Positions 28,121-36,684 of a DNA stretch of 40,368 bases are shown in pieces. A model generated the notes under the pieces. That model worked only from the letters and a program-made list of their open reading frames with translations, had not been told where the DNA came from and ran no database searches. Each line of letters opens with the position of its first letter. Within the stretch, counting starts at the first letter, position 1. This DNA is from Candidatus Woesearchaeota archaeon (GTDB lineage Archaea > Nanobdellota > Nanobdellia > Woesearchaeales > JACPBV01), in contig JACPII010000099.1 of the NCBI GenBank assembly GCA_016188175.1, positions 1 through 40,368 on the forward strand, given 5' to 3'. Made by a program: the position numbers and the translations under genes.

Positions 28121-28244
28121 GAAACCCGACAACAACAATGGTACTGAGAAATTCATTGGAATTTCTGGAAGTGAATAAATTATGAAATAATTTACTTCAC
28201 TAGAAAAAAGAGTTTGCTTTGCCTCGCCATTGTTGTTGGGTTTC
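28121..28244. repeat. long imperfect palindrome / nested hairpins in a 335-bp intergenic region
   Basis: GAAACC(CGA)CAACAACAATGG (28121-28141) pairs with CCATTGTTGTTGGGTTTC (28227-28244). Inner hairpins are GAAATTC-ATTG-GAATTTC and GAAGTGAATAAATTAT/ATAATTTACTTCAC. An outer pair is CTGAAGT (28103-28109) / ACTTCAG (28277-28283). Confidence 0.5.
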
Positions 28245-28343
28245 CCGACCGGATAAATAGGAATGTCAAAACCAAAACTTCAGGCTCCTGACTGATTACC
28301 CAGAATGCCATATTTTAAATAACATCCTTAACCCACCATTTTT

Positions 28344-29303
28344 ATGCCAGTCAAAAAGGTTATTTTAGCAGGCCCCCGGGGCTTCTGCGCGGGTGTAGAA
28401 AGGGCTATCAGGATAGTTGAAGACTGCCTTTCGCTGTTTGGCCGGCCGGTCTATATTAAGCATGAGATTGTCCATAACAAGCATGTTGTCGAAGACCTTG
28501 CGAAAAAAGGGGCAATAACGATTGAGAGTGTCGATGAAGCTCCCCCCCATGCAGTTGTTATCTTCTCCGCCCATGGCAGCCCGCCCGAGCAGTACCGGAT
28601 AGCAAAGGAAAAAAACATCCGGCTTATTGATGCCACCTGCCCGTTAGTCACTAAAGTCCACTTCGAGGTCCATAGGTTTGCAGGGGACGGCCACAAAATA
28701 ATCTATATCGGCCATAAAGGCCACGTTGAGGGGGTTGGCGTTCTGGGAGAATTGCCGGGCCAGATATCCCTTGTCGAGTCTGTTGGGGATGTAAAAAATC
28801 TTGATATCGGAAATCCTGAAAAACTGATCTATCTTACCCAAACAACATTGAGCATTGATGAAACAAAAGCCATCGTTGCTGAACTGAAGAAAAAATACCC
28901 CCAGATGAGGGACCCCCCAAAAGAAGACATATGCTATGCCACGACAAACCGGCAGACTGCGATTAAAAAGCTGGCTGGTGGCGTTGATGTTGTCTTTGTC
29001 GTCGGCTCGAAGAACTCCTCCAATTCTATCAGGCTCGTTGAAACAGTTCATGCCTTGGGGAAGCCTGCCTATCTGATCGACAATGTTGAAGACATCATGC
29101 CTAACTGGCATTCTGAAGCGAACGTTGTTGGGATCAGCGCCGGGGCAAGCGCGCCGGAAAACCTCGTTCAGGAGATTGCCGAATTTTTTGTTCGCCAGGG
29201 AGCAGTCAAGGAAGAGTTTTCTTTAATGAAGGAAGAGGTATATTTTATCGACCCGCTGGAGCTGAGGAATGCGAAAGCCAAGGGAAATATAAGCAGGCGA
29301 TAA
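28344..29303 (+). CDS. ispH: 4-hydroxy-3-methylbut-2-enyl diphosphate reductase (IspH/LytB)
   Basis: PRGFCAGVERAI N-terminus, three-domain LytB pattern, conserved Cys positions and SKNSSNS. Confidence 0.92.
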   Translation: MPVKKVILAGPRGFCAGVERAIRIVEDCLSLFGRPVYIKHEIVHNKHVVEDLAKKGAITIESVDEAPPHAVVIFSAHGSPPEQYRIAKEKNIRLIDATCPLVTKVHFEVHRFAGDGHKIIYIGHKGHVEGVGVLGELPGQISLVESVGDVKNLDIGNPEKLIYLTQTTLSIDETKAIVAELKKKYPQMRDPPKEDICYATTNRQTAIKKLAGGVDVVFVVGSKNSSNSIRLVETVHALGKPAYLIDNVEDIMPNWHSEANVVGISAGASAPENLVQEIAEFFVRQGAVKEEFSLMKEEVYFIDPLELRNAKAKGNISRR

Positions 29304-29390
29304 TAAAAAGGGGTTCTCAAAAATTGAACCTAACAGTGTTATGCTCTCCTTTCCTCGTGAGCCCCCTTGAAAAACAAAAGATTTAAATAG

Positions 29391-29420
29391 TATTAAATAA
29401 TCTTATTTAATATTAAATAA
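29391..29420 (+). promoter_or_regulatory. AT-rich palindromic operator/promoter of the RHH-RelE operon
   Basis: TATTAAATAA-TC-TTATTTAATA (29391-29412) overlaps the perfect palindrome TTATTTAATATTAAATAA (29403-29420), giving three half-sites. AGGTGAG lies 4 nt before ATG 29433. Confidence 0.55.
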
Positions 29421-29432
29421 CAAGGTGAGAAA

Positions 29433-29654
29433 ATGGCATTAAAAACATTTAACGTTGAAGAGATGGTATATAAAAAATTTTCAGCTTTTTGTAAAGGACA
29501 TGGAGTTAGCATGAGCAAACAAGTAGAGCTATTTATGGAGTCTATGGTGGAAGAAGAACCCGAAGCAAAACAGGAATATCTCCAAAAGCTAGATAGAATA
29601 CGGAAAGGGAAGTTTATGAGGGTAGATAATTTTGCGAATAGATACGGGGTATAA
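29433..29654 (+). CDS. ribbon-helix-helix (CopG-like) antitoxin
   Basis: 73 aa with an N-terminal beta-strand/helix pattern (KTFNVEEMVYKKFSAFCKGHGVSMSKQVELFM). It ends 2 nt before the toxin gene. Confidence 0.7.
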   Translation: MALKTFNVEEMVYKKFSAFCKGHGVSMSKQVELFMESMVEEEPEAKQEYLQKLDRIRKGKFMRVDNFANRYGV

Positions 29655-29656
29655 TC

Positions 29657-29920
29657 ATGGCTTATGATTTAGATATCCCAAAGCATCTTGATAAGATTTT
29701 TTTTAAATTATCCAAAAAAGATAAAAAACAATTAGAGATTATCCATAAAAAGGTTAATGAAATTCTAGAAAATCCGCAGCATTATAAACCTTTGCGAGGG
29801 GATATGCACGGAGCACTTAGAGTTCATATCGATAAATCTTTCGTTTTAACGTTTGAAATAGATGAACAGAACAAAGCAGTGCGACTTCTCGATTATGATC
29901 ATCACGACAACATCTATTAA
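29657..29920 (+). CDS. RelE/ParE/YafQ-superfamily toxin
   Basis: 87 aa. IPKHLDKIFFKLSKKDKKQL..ENPQHYKPLRGDMHGALRVHIDKSFVLTFEID is the typical RelE-fold pattern. Confidence 0.75.
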   Translation: MAYDLDIPKHLDKIFFKLSKKDKKQLEIIHKKVNEILENPQHYKPLRGDMHGALRVHIDKSFVLTFEIDEQNKAVRLLDYDHHDNIY

Positions 29921-29926
29921 AAGCTC

Positions 29927-30127
29927 AGCCCGTTAAAATCTCAAGTTTTCCACCAGTATGTTTCACTGGCGGTTTACCACAAGAATAATATCTTGTGGAG
30001 AATGACAACAAGAACATTGTTCTTGAGCCTATGCCGATGGCATAGAGAACAAAAAATCCGACCCGAGCGACCGGAGCGAGCATGCCGCCCCTCTATGGGG
30101 GGGCGGTCGGCGAACTTTTGACGGGCT
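29927..30127 (+). ncRNA. ~200-nt multi-hairpin structured element sharing a ~57-63-nt module with 22067-22267; strand uncertain
   Basis: Closing helix AGCCCGTTAAAA (29927-29938) / TTTTGACGGGCT (30116-30127). Serial hairpins are CCACAAGA-TAATA-TCTTGTGG, CAAGAAC-AT-GTTCTTG and CTATGCC-GA-TGGCATAG. The module AAATCCGAC-CCGAGCGACCGGAGCGAGC-..CCCC-TCTAT-GGGG..GTCGG spans 30054-30110. Confidence 0.45.
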
Positions 30128-30360
30128 TGCTCCGCGGGAGATAGCCAAACGTACCAATGATGATCCCCGCAATGTCAGTTCCCGGATTTGTTACGGCCTG
30201 GAGCAATTAAGGAAGGAGCTTTCAGGGCTTGAACCCAATTTTTTTGGATGATTATCTAACCCGGTAAATTCTCTGCCTCTCCTCGGATTTTCTATGGGTA
30301 GTTATAAAAATTCATTGATTGCATCGTTCCATCAACCGTTCATTTCCAGGTCTAGAAACT

Positions 30361-31416
30361 ATGCCCAGCTCAAAACCAATCGCTCAAGTTATCCGAAAGC
30401 TTACCGTTAAAGGTAAAAACGTCCTTGCCGCCGATGAAAGCAAAAAAACAGTTACCGAGAGGTTTGAAAGGAAAGGCATTCCTCCGACAGATGAAAACAT
30501 CAGGCTGTACCGGGAATGGATTGTAACTACTCCTGGACTTGAGAGGTACGTCAGCGGAATAATCCTTTTTAAGGAAACGTTGGAACAGGCCGGCAGCCAC
30601 GGGAAACCATTCGTTGAAACTCTCCATGAAAAGGGCATTGTCATCGGAGTAAAATCTGATGAAGGGCTTTACAAGCCCGCGGGATGGGGTGAAAATATCA
30701 CCCAGATGGAGAGCCCCAGGAAATTGTTGGAAACCCTCAAGAGATACAGGGAAACGCACGGTGTCCAGTTCACCAAATGCAGGTCATTGTTTTCCATCGG
30801 CCCAAACACCCCCTCAAACCGTGCGATTGACATCAATGGGGCGATGATGGCGCTCGACGCTCTTGTTTCCCTGGAAGCTGGGCTTTTTCCTATTGTTGAG
30901 CCGGAGGTTGAGCGTGCCGGAACCCACACCATAGACCAGTGCTCATCTTATGCCATTGCAGTATACTCGCGGCTGAATGAGAAGCTCAGGCAGTATGGTG
31001 CAGCAATTTCCGATGTTGGAATCAAAACAAATTTTACCGTCCAGGGTGCAGATTGTGGCGGTACAATACCTCCCCGTGAAGTTGCCAAAATGACGTTTCA
31101 GGCTCTTGCAAAAGGATTTGGGTTCTACGGCGTTGAATCAATCTCCATTTTCTTCATGCTGTCCGGAGGCTTGGATGACCTGCCCTCGGGCCAATATCTC
31201 CATGAATTGAACCGGTTTGTTGAAAAAGGCCCCTTTGCAAAAGAAAAAACTTTCATGGCTTCTTATTCCAGAGCAATGCTGGACAAGGCTTTGGATGTTT
31301 GGGCAGGAAACCCAAGGAATGTTGAAAAGGCCCAAAAGAAGCTGTTGGAGCGCGCCAAGGCATTCAGCGAAGCAAGGCAGGGGAGATTGGATGTTAAGGA
31401 TTATAATTGGGCTTAA
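30361..31416 (+). CDS. class I fructose-bisphosphate aldolase-like protein (divergent second copy)
   Basis: GKNVLAADESKKTVTERF signature and collinear similarity to the aldolase at 19416-20423. Start set at ATG 30361. Confidence 0.75.
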   Translation: MPSSKPIAQVIRKLTVKGKNVLAADESKKTVTERFERKGIPPTDENIRLYREWIVTTPGLERYVSGIILFKETLEQAGSHGKPFVETLHEKGIVIGVKSDEGLYKPAGWGENITQMESPRKLLETLKRYRETHGVQFTKCRSLFSIGPNTPSNRAIDINGAMMALDALVSLEAGLFPIVEPEVERAGTHTIDQCSSYAIAVYSRLNEKLRQYGAAISDVGIKTNFTVQGADCGGTIPPREVAKMTFQALAKGFGFYGVESISIFFMLSGGLDDLPSGQYLHELNRFVEKGPFAKEKTFMASYSRAMLDKALDVWAGNPRNVEKAQKKLLERAKAFSEARQGRLDVKDYNWA

Positions 31417-31600
31417 TATTTCTCGCCAAAGATGCAACAACGCCGCATTGAGGCATAGAAAGTGAATCCAGGCTAATGACGAGGGGATTCCCAAGATAGT
31501 CATCCTTCCCAACCATTACCGAACAGATTGCTTCTTTGTCGCCGAGGGTCGTGTCCTCGTCTCCATGGGAATACCTCAGCTCAGGCCTTAACAATTCCAT
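31394..31600 (-). CDS. possible small hypothetical protein
   Basis: 68-aa ORF preceded by GGAGGT 3 nt upstream of the ATG. It overlaps the 3' end of the convergent aldolase gene by 23 nt. No recognisable motif. Confidence 0.2.
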   Translation of the reverse strand: MELLRPELRYSHGDEDTTLGDKEAICSVMVGKDDYLGNPLVISLDSLSMPQCGVVASLARNIKPNYNP

Positions 31601-31681
31601 CAGACCTCCAAGTTTGCTTTTTTCAAGCTGGTGAAATGGACGATGGTCGGCAACAAGGCGCTGGATTATGAAAGGAACCCC

Positions 31682-32464
31682 CTATATATAGTTTTTTTCC
31701 ATTAAGGACCTAACTTTGGCAAGATTTTCTCCATCAAGAATTTTATTCTCAACTAAATAGCCTAGAACCATTTCTTCTGCACGTTCGATAAATGGTTTTC
31801 CTTGGCCGTTACCTGGCTCCGTACAATAAGGGAACCCGGTTTTTGGGTCCAAATACCCCTTTTCTGTCCTTACAGCAAACCCCTGGCTTATGGGAACTTT
31901 GATGTCAGTAGAAAAGCTATAATATTCGGCGGGAGTACCTGTTTTTTTATCCCTTCCGACATTAGGGTCGTATACCCAACGGACACCTGCTTCCCGGGCG
32001 GCAACATCAATATTGTTTACCCATATCTGGTCTCTCATCCACAAGCCATGGTAATGTTCAACATCAGTTTCTTCCTGCCCAAATCTTTGTGCGCAGAATG
32101 CCTGGTGGAGCCTGTTTAGGGTAAATTGAACAGCTCCTGAAACGGTTGCTTCAGGAATTCCCGAAAGAACATCTCCCCGAAAATACTTTTCAGCGAGCGC
32201 CAACAGGGCAGCGTAACTTTTTAGATTTAAGAGATTTCCCTGCATAATTTCCAAGACCTCAATCCCCGTAAGGGAGCATCCCTTGACAGGATGAAAGTTT
32301 GCGCTCACCTCCATTTTATTTTCAATGCCCCACTCCTGCCCAAACCTGTCTGTTACGGCAAAGGGCGAGATAACCACTTTGTCGGCAAAAGTAGGCAACA
32401 AGGCTTTGGCTCTTTCCCTTTCGGCCAATTCCCTTGCCTCGTAATCTTCCGATGGGCCAACCAT
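31682..32464 (-). CDS. hypothetical protein
   Basis: 260-aa ORF with globular-looking composition and no motif recognised. Confidence 0.5.
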   Translation of the reverse strand: MVGPSEDYEARELAERERAKALLPTFADKVVISPFAVTDRFGQEWGIENKMEVSANFHPVKGCSLTGIEVLEIMQGNLLNLKSYAALLALAEKYFRGDVLSGIPEATVSGAVQFTLNRLHQAFCAQRFGQEETDVEHYHGLWMRDQIWVNNIDVAAREAGVRWVYDPNVGRDKKTGTPAEYYSFSTDIKVPISQGFAVRTEKGYLDPKTGFPYCTEPGNGQGKPFIERAEEMVLGYLVENKILDGENLAKVRSLMEKNYI

Positions 32465-32608
32465 AACCTGGGGGGATATAGGCCTAAATATAAATTAAGG
32501 GTATAACCGGGTATCTCCAGAACATTCGTGCAATGATTGTTGGAAAAACCATGCCAAGATTAAGATAAACCCAATTCATATTTTCTATCATTGACGCCGA
32601 AATCTTGG

Positions 32609-33145
32609 TTATCGGGAAGTCTCATTCAAAATTCTTTTCAGGCTTTTATCTAATCTCTCAACATGATTGAATCGTTTGAGCTCACCTGGTTTAATCCACC
32701 GGTATTCGGTATGCTCCCCATTTAACCTGACTTTTGGTTTCTTGTGCAATTCGGCAACAAGGGGAAAAATAAGCCATTTCTTTCCGATCCTTTTGTCGCT
32801 GAGGAAGAACGGGGTTGCCCGCTTGACCGCTCGGATATTTCTTTTTGTTATTCCCGTCTCTTCCTTAACTTCGTCCAATGCCTTTTCATCCGGCATTTTT
32901 ACCTCATCCAGATGGCCGGCAACCGTATTCCACTTACCGCGGTAATAATGGACTTTGTCGCTTCGTCTCATCAGGAGAACTCTGCCTTTATATTTTATGA
33001 AGCAGGTAACGACGGGGACCATTGGCGCATAAGTATAATCAATCCTGCCGTCAGGAAACCTCGGGAGGGTTTTTGCATTGTCCGCCAACAGGTTCCAGAT
33101 ATCTCTTTTATTCCATTCTTTCATGGGGTTGTTTTTTCTCATCAT
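32609..33145 (-). CDS. NUDIX hydrolase
   Basis: Nudix-box-like GHLDEVKMPDEKALDEVKEETGI (G-x5-E-x7-..-EE-x-G pattern). Confidence 0.8.
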   Translation of the reverse strand: MMRKNNPMKEWNKRDIWNLLADNAKTLPRFPDGRIDYTYAPMVPVVTCFIKYKGRVLLMRRSDKVHYYRGKWNTVAGHLDEVKMPDEKALDEVKEETGITKRNIRAVKRATPFFLSDKRIGKKWLIFPLVAELHKKPKVRLNGEHTEYRWIKPGELKRFNHVERLDKSLKRILNETSR

Positions 33146-33174
33146 CCTTAACTTAGCAGAAGGGATTTAAATAA

Positions 33175-33687
33175 ATGCTTGTTCCAAGGCTGAAAATGGG
33201 AACAAGGAGAAGGATGCTCTTGAAGGAGTCTTTTTCGCAGAACGGATACTCATTTATGATTTGTGTCTATGACTCCGCTGTTATTTGGAGAGTCCAGTAT
33301 AGGGGACGTTGGGTGGATTATTCCCGGGACCTTGGGGAGCAGGTATGGGTCGAGTTAAATCCCCCGATGACCGATGCTCAATACAGAAACCAACTTAACT
33401 CTGGGCAAGAAAAAAAGCCGATTATCTTACCCTGGAGAAATCCATCGGAAAACAACATCTATTTTATCGGGCATGGAAACAATCTGTCTGCCATCAACCG
33501 GGAAGCTATGTACCGTGAATGGCATAAGACATTGCCATCAGAAATATCCCGGATAGGCCTTGAGCGGATCGTCGTGAATAATCAGCCCCAGGAGGCTATC
33601 GGGGTGAGAACCATCGGCGGTGAAATTCATTATTTAAGGATGAGCTTTGGGGACATTCTTGCTCCCGACCCGCCATCCACCTTTTGA
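33175..33687 (+). CDS. hypothetical protein
   Basis: 170-aa ORF with no motif recognised. The start is uncertain, with several in-frame Met near the N-terminus. Confidence 0.45.
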   Translation: MLVPRLKMGTRRRMLLKESFSQNGYSFMICVYDSAVIWRVQYRGRWVDYSRDLGEQVWVELNPPMTDAQYRNQLNSGQEKKPIILPWRNPSENNIYFIGHGNNLSAINREAMYREWHKTLPSEISRIGLERIVVNNQPQEAIGVRTIGGEIHYLRMSFGDILAPDPPSTF

Positions 33688-33855
33688 TATTCATCCCTAG
33701 TGTCCTGACACATTAGTTTTCATACACCCTTGCTGGCGATAGAAATGTTGCATAATTAAGCTGCCAGAGTACTTGGCAGCTTTCAGCCCATTACCCATTG
33801 CAGGTATCGATAGGGAATGCGGCCTAAGGGTTTAATGCTCCGGCCTGTCATATCC

Positions 33856-34503
33856 TTACCGGTAGAAAAACGAAAGCAGCGCATCGTGCGCCTTCCCGAT
33901 GTCTTTCTCTCTCAAAAGGATCATGAACTCGGGGAGGCAGCCGATCGTTTCCTCGATGTCGACATTATGGATGGAAAGCTCGTTGAGGATTGCAGCTCGG
34001 ATGCCCCTTACGTCCTGATACCCGTTTCCGAGGACTATATTTATCTCTCCGAGGTTTTCCACAACATCAAGGATATTGCTTTTTTCTACGAGCGAGAGTA
34101 TCTCATCCTTTTTTGACTGTTCGATCAGGATTTTGAACGACATCCTTCCCTCAGAGATCCTTAACACCTCGCCGACGCTCGGGTTGATGTGGTTGAATAT
34201 CCTGGGAAGGGACCTTGCCAGCGAATTAAAATCCCTGCGGAGGGTTATATACACCAGCCTTGATTTCGTAGAAATCTTTGATTTTGCAAGCACTTTTTCA
34301 ATGTCGCCGAACTCCTGCACTTTTTCCTCGAAATGGTACCTTCTTAACGCCGACATCACCGCATGGGTGGATGCCTTAAGGCTGTGCTGCTTTATGATCA
34401 GCTCTGCCAGTGCTTTTATGTTGATGATCCCGCTGTTGATGAGCCTGACGATGATGGGGTTTTTCTCCAGAAAACCAGCTACCGTTTGTGAGATTATTGT
34501 CAT
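33856..34503 (-). CDS. putative regulatory protein with a C-terminal ACT-like domain
   Basis: 215 aa. The C-terminal part (INIVLGNGYQDVRGIRAAILNELSIHNVDIEE) resembles an ACT ligand-binding fold. The overlapping plus-strand ORF 33817-34116 is rejected. Confidence 0.5.
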   Translation of the reverse strand: MTIISQTVAGFLEKNPIIVRLINSGIINIKALAELIIKQHSLKASTHAVMSALRRYHFEEKVQEFGDIEKVLAKSKISTKSRLVYITLRRDFNSLARSLPRIFNHINPSVGEVLRISEGRMSFKILIEQSKKDEILSLVEKSNILDVVENLGEINIVLGNGYQDVRGIRAAILNELSIHNVDIEETIGCLPEFMILLREKDIGKAHDALLSFFYR

Positions 34504-34593
34504 TTATCTAAATAAATTGGCACTATTTTTAAATTTTGTCAAAAAAGAAATAACAAAACCATTAACCTGATGGAGTTCCTTTTTTCTGTACTC

Positions 34594-35958
34594 TTATCCC
34601 CTATCAATATATTTTGAAAATCCAGAAATATTCCCCCTTGCTACCGACGCTTTCACTTCCTGCAGGATATCCGGCCGGTCGGTTATAATGCCATCAACTC
34701 CCATGCTTAACAGGCGGAACATAAAGTAGGGATTATTAACTGTCCAAACGATGACCTTGAGCCCGTCGTTATGGGCTGCATCTACCATTCCCTTGTCCAC
34801 AATGTCTAACGGGGGGAGAATCACTGAAGCGCCGGCTGATTTGGTTTTCCTGATATATCCTTGAGTTATGGCCCTATTCAGCCTGCCCCCTTCTTTCGAG
34901 AACGCCACCCTTTTAAGTTTGTAAATAACTGATTCATGAACGCTTGCGGCAAAATTCTCAAATGCAATTCCAGTGCTGTACCTCAAGTCCATCCTCTTGA
35001 TTATCTCGACGGATTCCCTGTCAAAAGAATGGATAATAAACCGGGAATGGTGGACTCTGTAACGATCAAGGGCTTCTTTGACCCCCTGGGCCAAAAGATA
35101 TTTTTCTTCCCGTCTCAGGCCAACCGCTATTTTAAGCTCAATGTCCATCTGGCACTTTCTCTCTAACAGCTCAATCACTTCTGTAAAAAGGGGGATTTTT
35201 TCACCGGGAGCATCCTTAACATTCAGCTTCCTTAATGCATCGAGCGATAGGTCAACAACCCTCCCTTTTCCAGTGGTAGTCCTGTCAACGGTATCATCAT
35301 GCATGATCACTAGTTCACCCGTTTTGCACCGCTGGACGTCAAATTCAATCATGCCAACATTAAACGTCAGGCCGAGGCGCATCGACTTCAGGGTGTTTTC
35401 AGGACACAATTCCCTGGCACCCCTATGCCCGATATTCAGGACTTTTTCAGCATTGGCTTTCAACTCGTCAGAAAATCCCCTTTCGATATCCCTTTCAATG
35501 GTTTCTAGGAATTTTTCTTCCCCCCGGACCAAAATCTCTTCTTCCTTTACGAGCCTCAAAAAGTGATGGAACTTTACTTTAAGGCCCCATTGTAATGCAT
35601 CTTTATGGAACAATGCAATTTGCCCAGAAAGGAGCTCACCAAGTTTTTGAACATTCGAGAGGAGCTCTCTTCCCTCTGCACCAAGAGCCGTTGAACCTTT
35701 TTCTTCGAGGCGAGCAGCAAGCCTTATGGTAAATTTCTTCTCAGCTTTAACCTCGCCTTTTTCCTCAGCAAGGAGATTCTTGAGCCTTTTGATGACGACC
35801 CTTAATCCCGAAATATTCTGTTCGCGCCCATGGAGCGAATATTCCCTAACCACTTCCTGCTTTTCCCTGGTTAATGCAAGAATTTTTTCAAACTCATCAA
35901 CTTCCCGGGAAAGCTCGGGGTACTTCTCATTTACCCATGGGGGGATGGTTAAGCTCAT
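34594..35958 (-). CDS. glycerophosphodiester phosphodiesterase (GDPD) with an N-terminal coiled-coil region
   Basis: GHRGA..ENT, EFDV and VIMHDDTVDRTT motifs. Start trimmed to ATG 35958 because the track N-terminus runs through the intergenic repeat copies. Confidence 0.8.
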   Translation of the reverse strand: MSLTIPPWVNEKYPELSREVDEFEKILALTREKQEVVREYSLHGREQNISGLRVVIKRLKNLLAEEKGEVKAEKKFTIRLAARLEEKGSTALGAEGRELLSNVQKLGELLSGQIALFHKDALQWGLKVKFHHFLRLVKEEEILVRGEEKFLETIERDIERGFSDELKANAEKVLNIGHRGARELCPENTLKSMRLGLTFNVGMIEFDVQRCKTGELVIMHDDTVDRTTTGKGRVVDLSLDALRKLNVKDAPGEKIPLFTEVIELLERKCQMDIELKIAVGLRREEKYLLAQGVKEALDRYRVHHSRFIIHSFDRESVEIIKRMDLRYSTGIAFENFAASVHESVIYKLKRVAFSKEGGRLNRAITQGYIRKTKSAGASVILPPLDIVDKGMVDAAHNDGLKVIVWTVNNPYFMFRLLSMGVDGIITDRPDILQEVKASVARGNISGFSKYIDRG

Positions 35959-36005
35959 AACGTTGAATTGCCGCTCCTTCCGGTTAATATACTTATGGGT
36001 GCAGG

Positions 36006-36025
36006 TCACTCGCCACTTGCCATCC
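36006..36025 (+). repeat. truncated (first 20 nt) copy of the 40-nt cassette repeat
   Basis: TCACTCGCCACTTGCCATCC is identical to 36072-36091. Identity stops exactly after ..CATCC. Confidence 0.9.
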
Positions 36026-36071
36026 TTGATGTTCGCTGCCTGCCCAACAACGAAAAGGAGAATTGAAAAGT

Positions 36072-36111
36072 TCACTCGCCACTTGCCATCCGCAGCCGGC
36101 GGGTATTTAAA
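36072..36111 (+). repeat. 40-nt cassette repeat copy 1 (ends in TATA-like TATTTAAA)
   Basis: TCACTCGCCACTTGCCATCCGCAGCCGGCGGGTATTTAAA. The next ATG is at 36147. Confidence 0.95.
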
Positions 36112-36146
36112 TCACCCGTCCGGCCCTGAGTACCTGGTCGATTTTC

Positions 36147-36434
36147 ATGGATGAGGTTTTCAGAATACTCGGCAGGCATGGAAAGGAGATTTATCTCAGC
36201 AAGGAAAGATGGGCTCATATCGTCAGCGAACATCCGGAGGTTGCTCCTTATTTCCCTGAATTTGAGCCTGCTCTCCGGAATCCTGGCGCGGTAAAACAAT
36301 TTTCAGAAGACCCATCCATCTTCTATTTTTATCGGTTTATCAAACCTAAGAGGAGGTTTTTGCTTGTCATCGTTAAATATTTAAACGGAGAAGGCTTTGT
36401 TATCACCGCCTATCTGGTGAGGCATATCCAATGA
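36147..36434 (+). CDS. small putative toxin-like protein (first gene of a two-gene module)
   Basis: 95 aa. The N-terminal pattern ..IYLSKERWAHIVSEHPEV.. is recurrent in small toxin-like proteins. ATGA overlap with the downstream DUF2283-like gene. Confidence 0.5.
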   Translation: MDEVFRILGRHGKEIYLSKERWAHIVSEHPEVAPYFPEFEPALRNPGAVKQFSEDPSIFYFYRFIKPKRRFLLVIVKYLNGEGFVITAYLVRHIQ

Positions 36435-36658
36435 AAGGACCGATGCGGCTGCATTACGACGAGAAAGGGGATTTTCTTGAGATTTCTGCAGGAAAACCTA
36501 CAGCATGTTATGCTGATGAGATAGAGCCCGGGGTGTTTCTCAGGAAAGATGAAAAGACCGACGAAGTTAAAGGGATAGGAATCTTAAATTTCAAAAAGCG
36601 CTCCAAGAATTTGAAAGACATTGACGTTAAGGTCCCCATTGAGATAACGATTGGCTAG
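36431..36658 (+). CDS. DUF2283-like small protein (putative antitoxin)
   Basis: 75 aa. MRLHYDEKGDFLEI.. and ..VKGIGILNF are typical of DUF2283 (YD..D.L.I and G.E.L patterns). Confidence 0.6.
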   Translation: MKGPMRLHYDEKGDFLEISAGKPTACYADEIEPGVFLRKDEKTDEVKGIGILNFKKRSKNLKDIDVKVPIEITIG

Positions 36659-36684
36659 TGCAAACATCCCTTTCTTCTTGTTTT

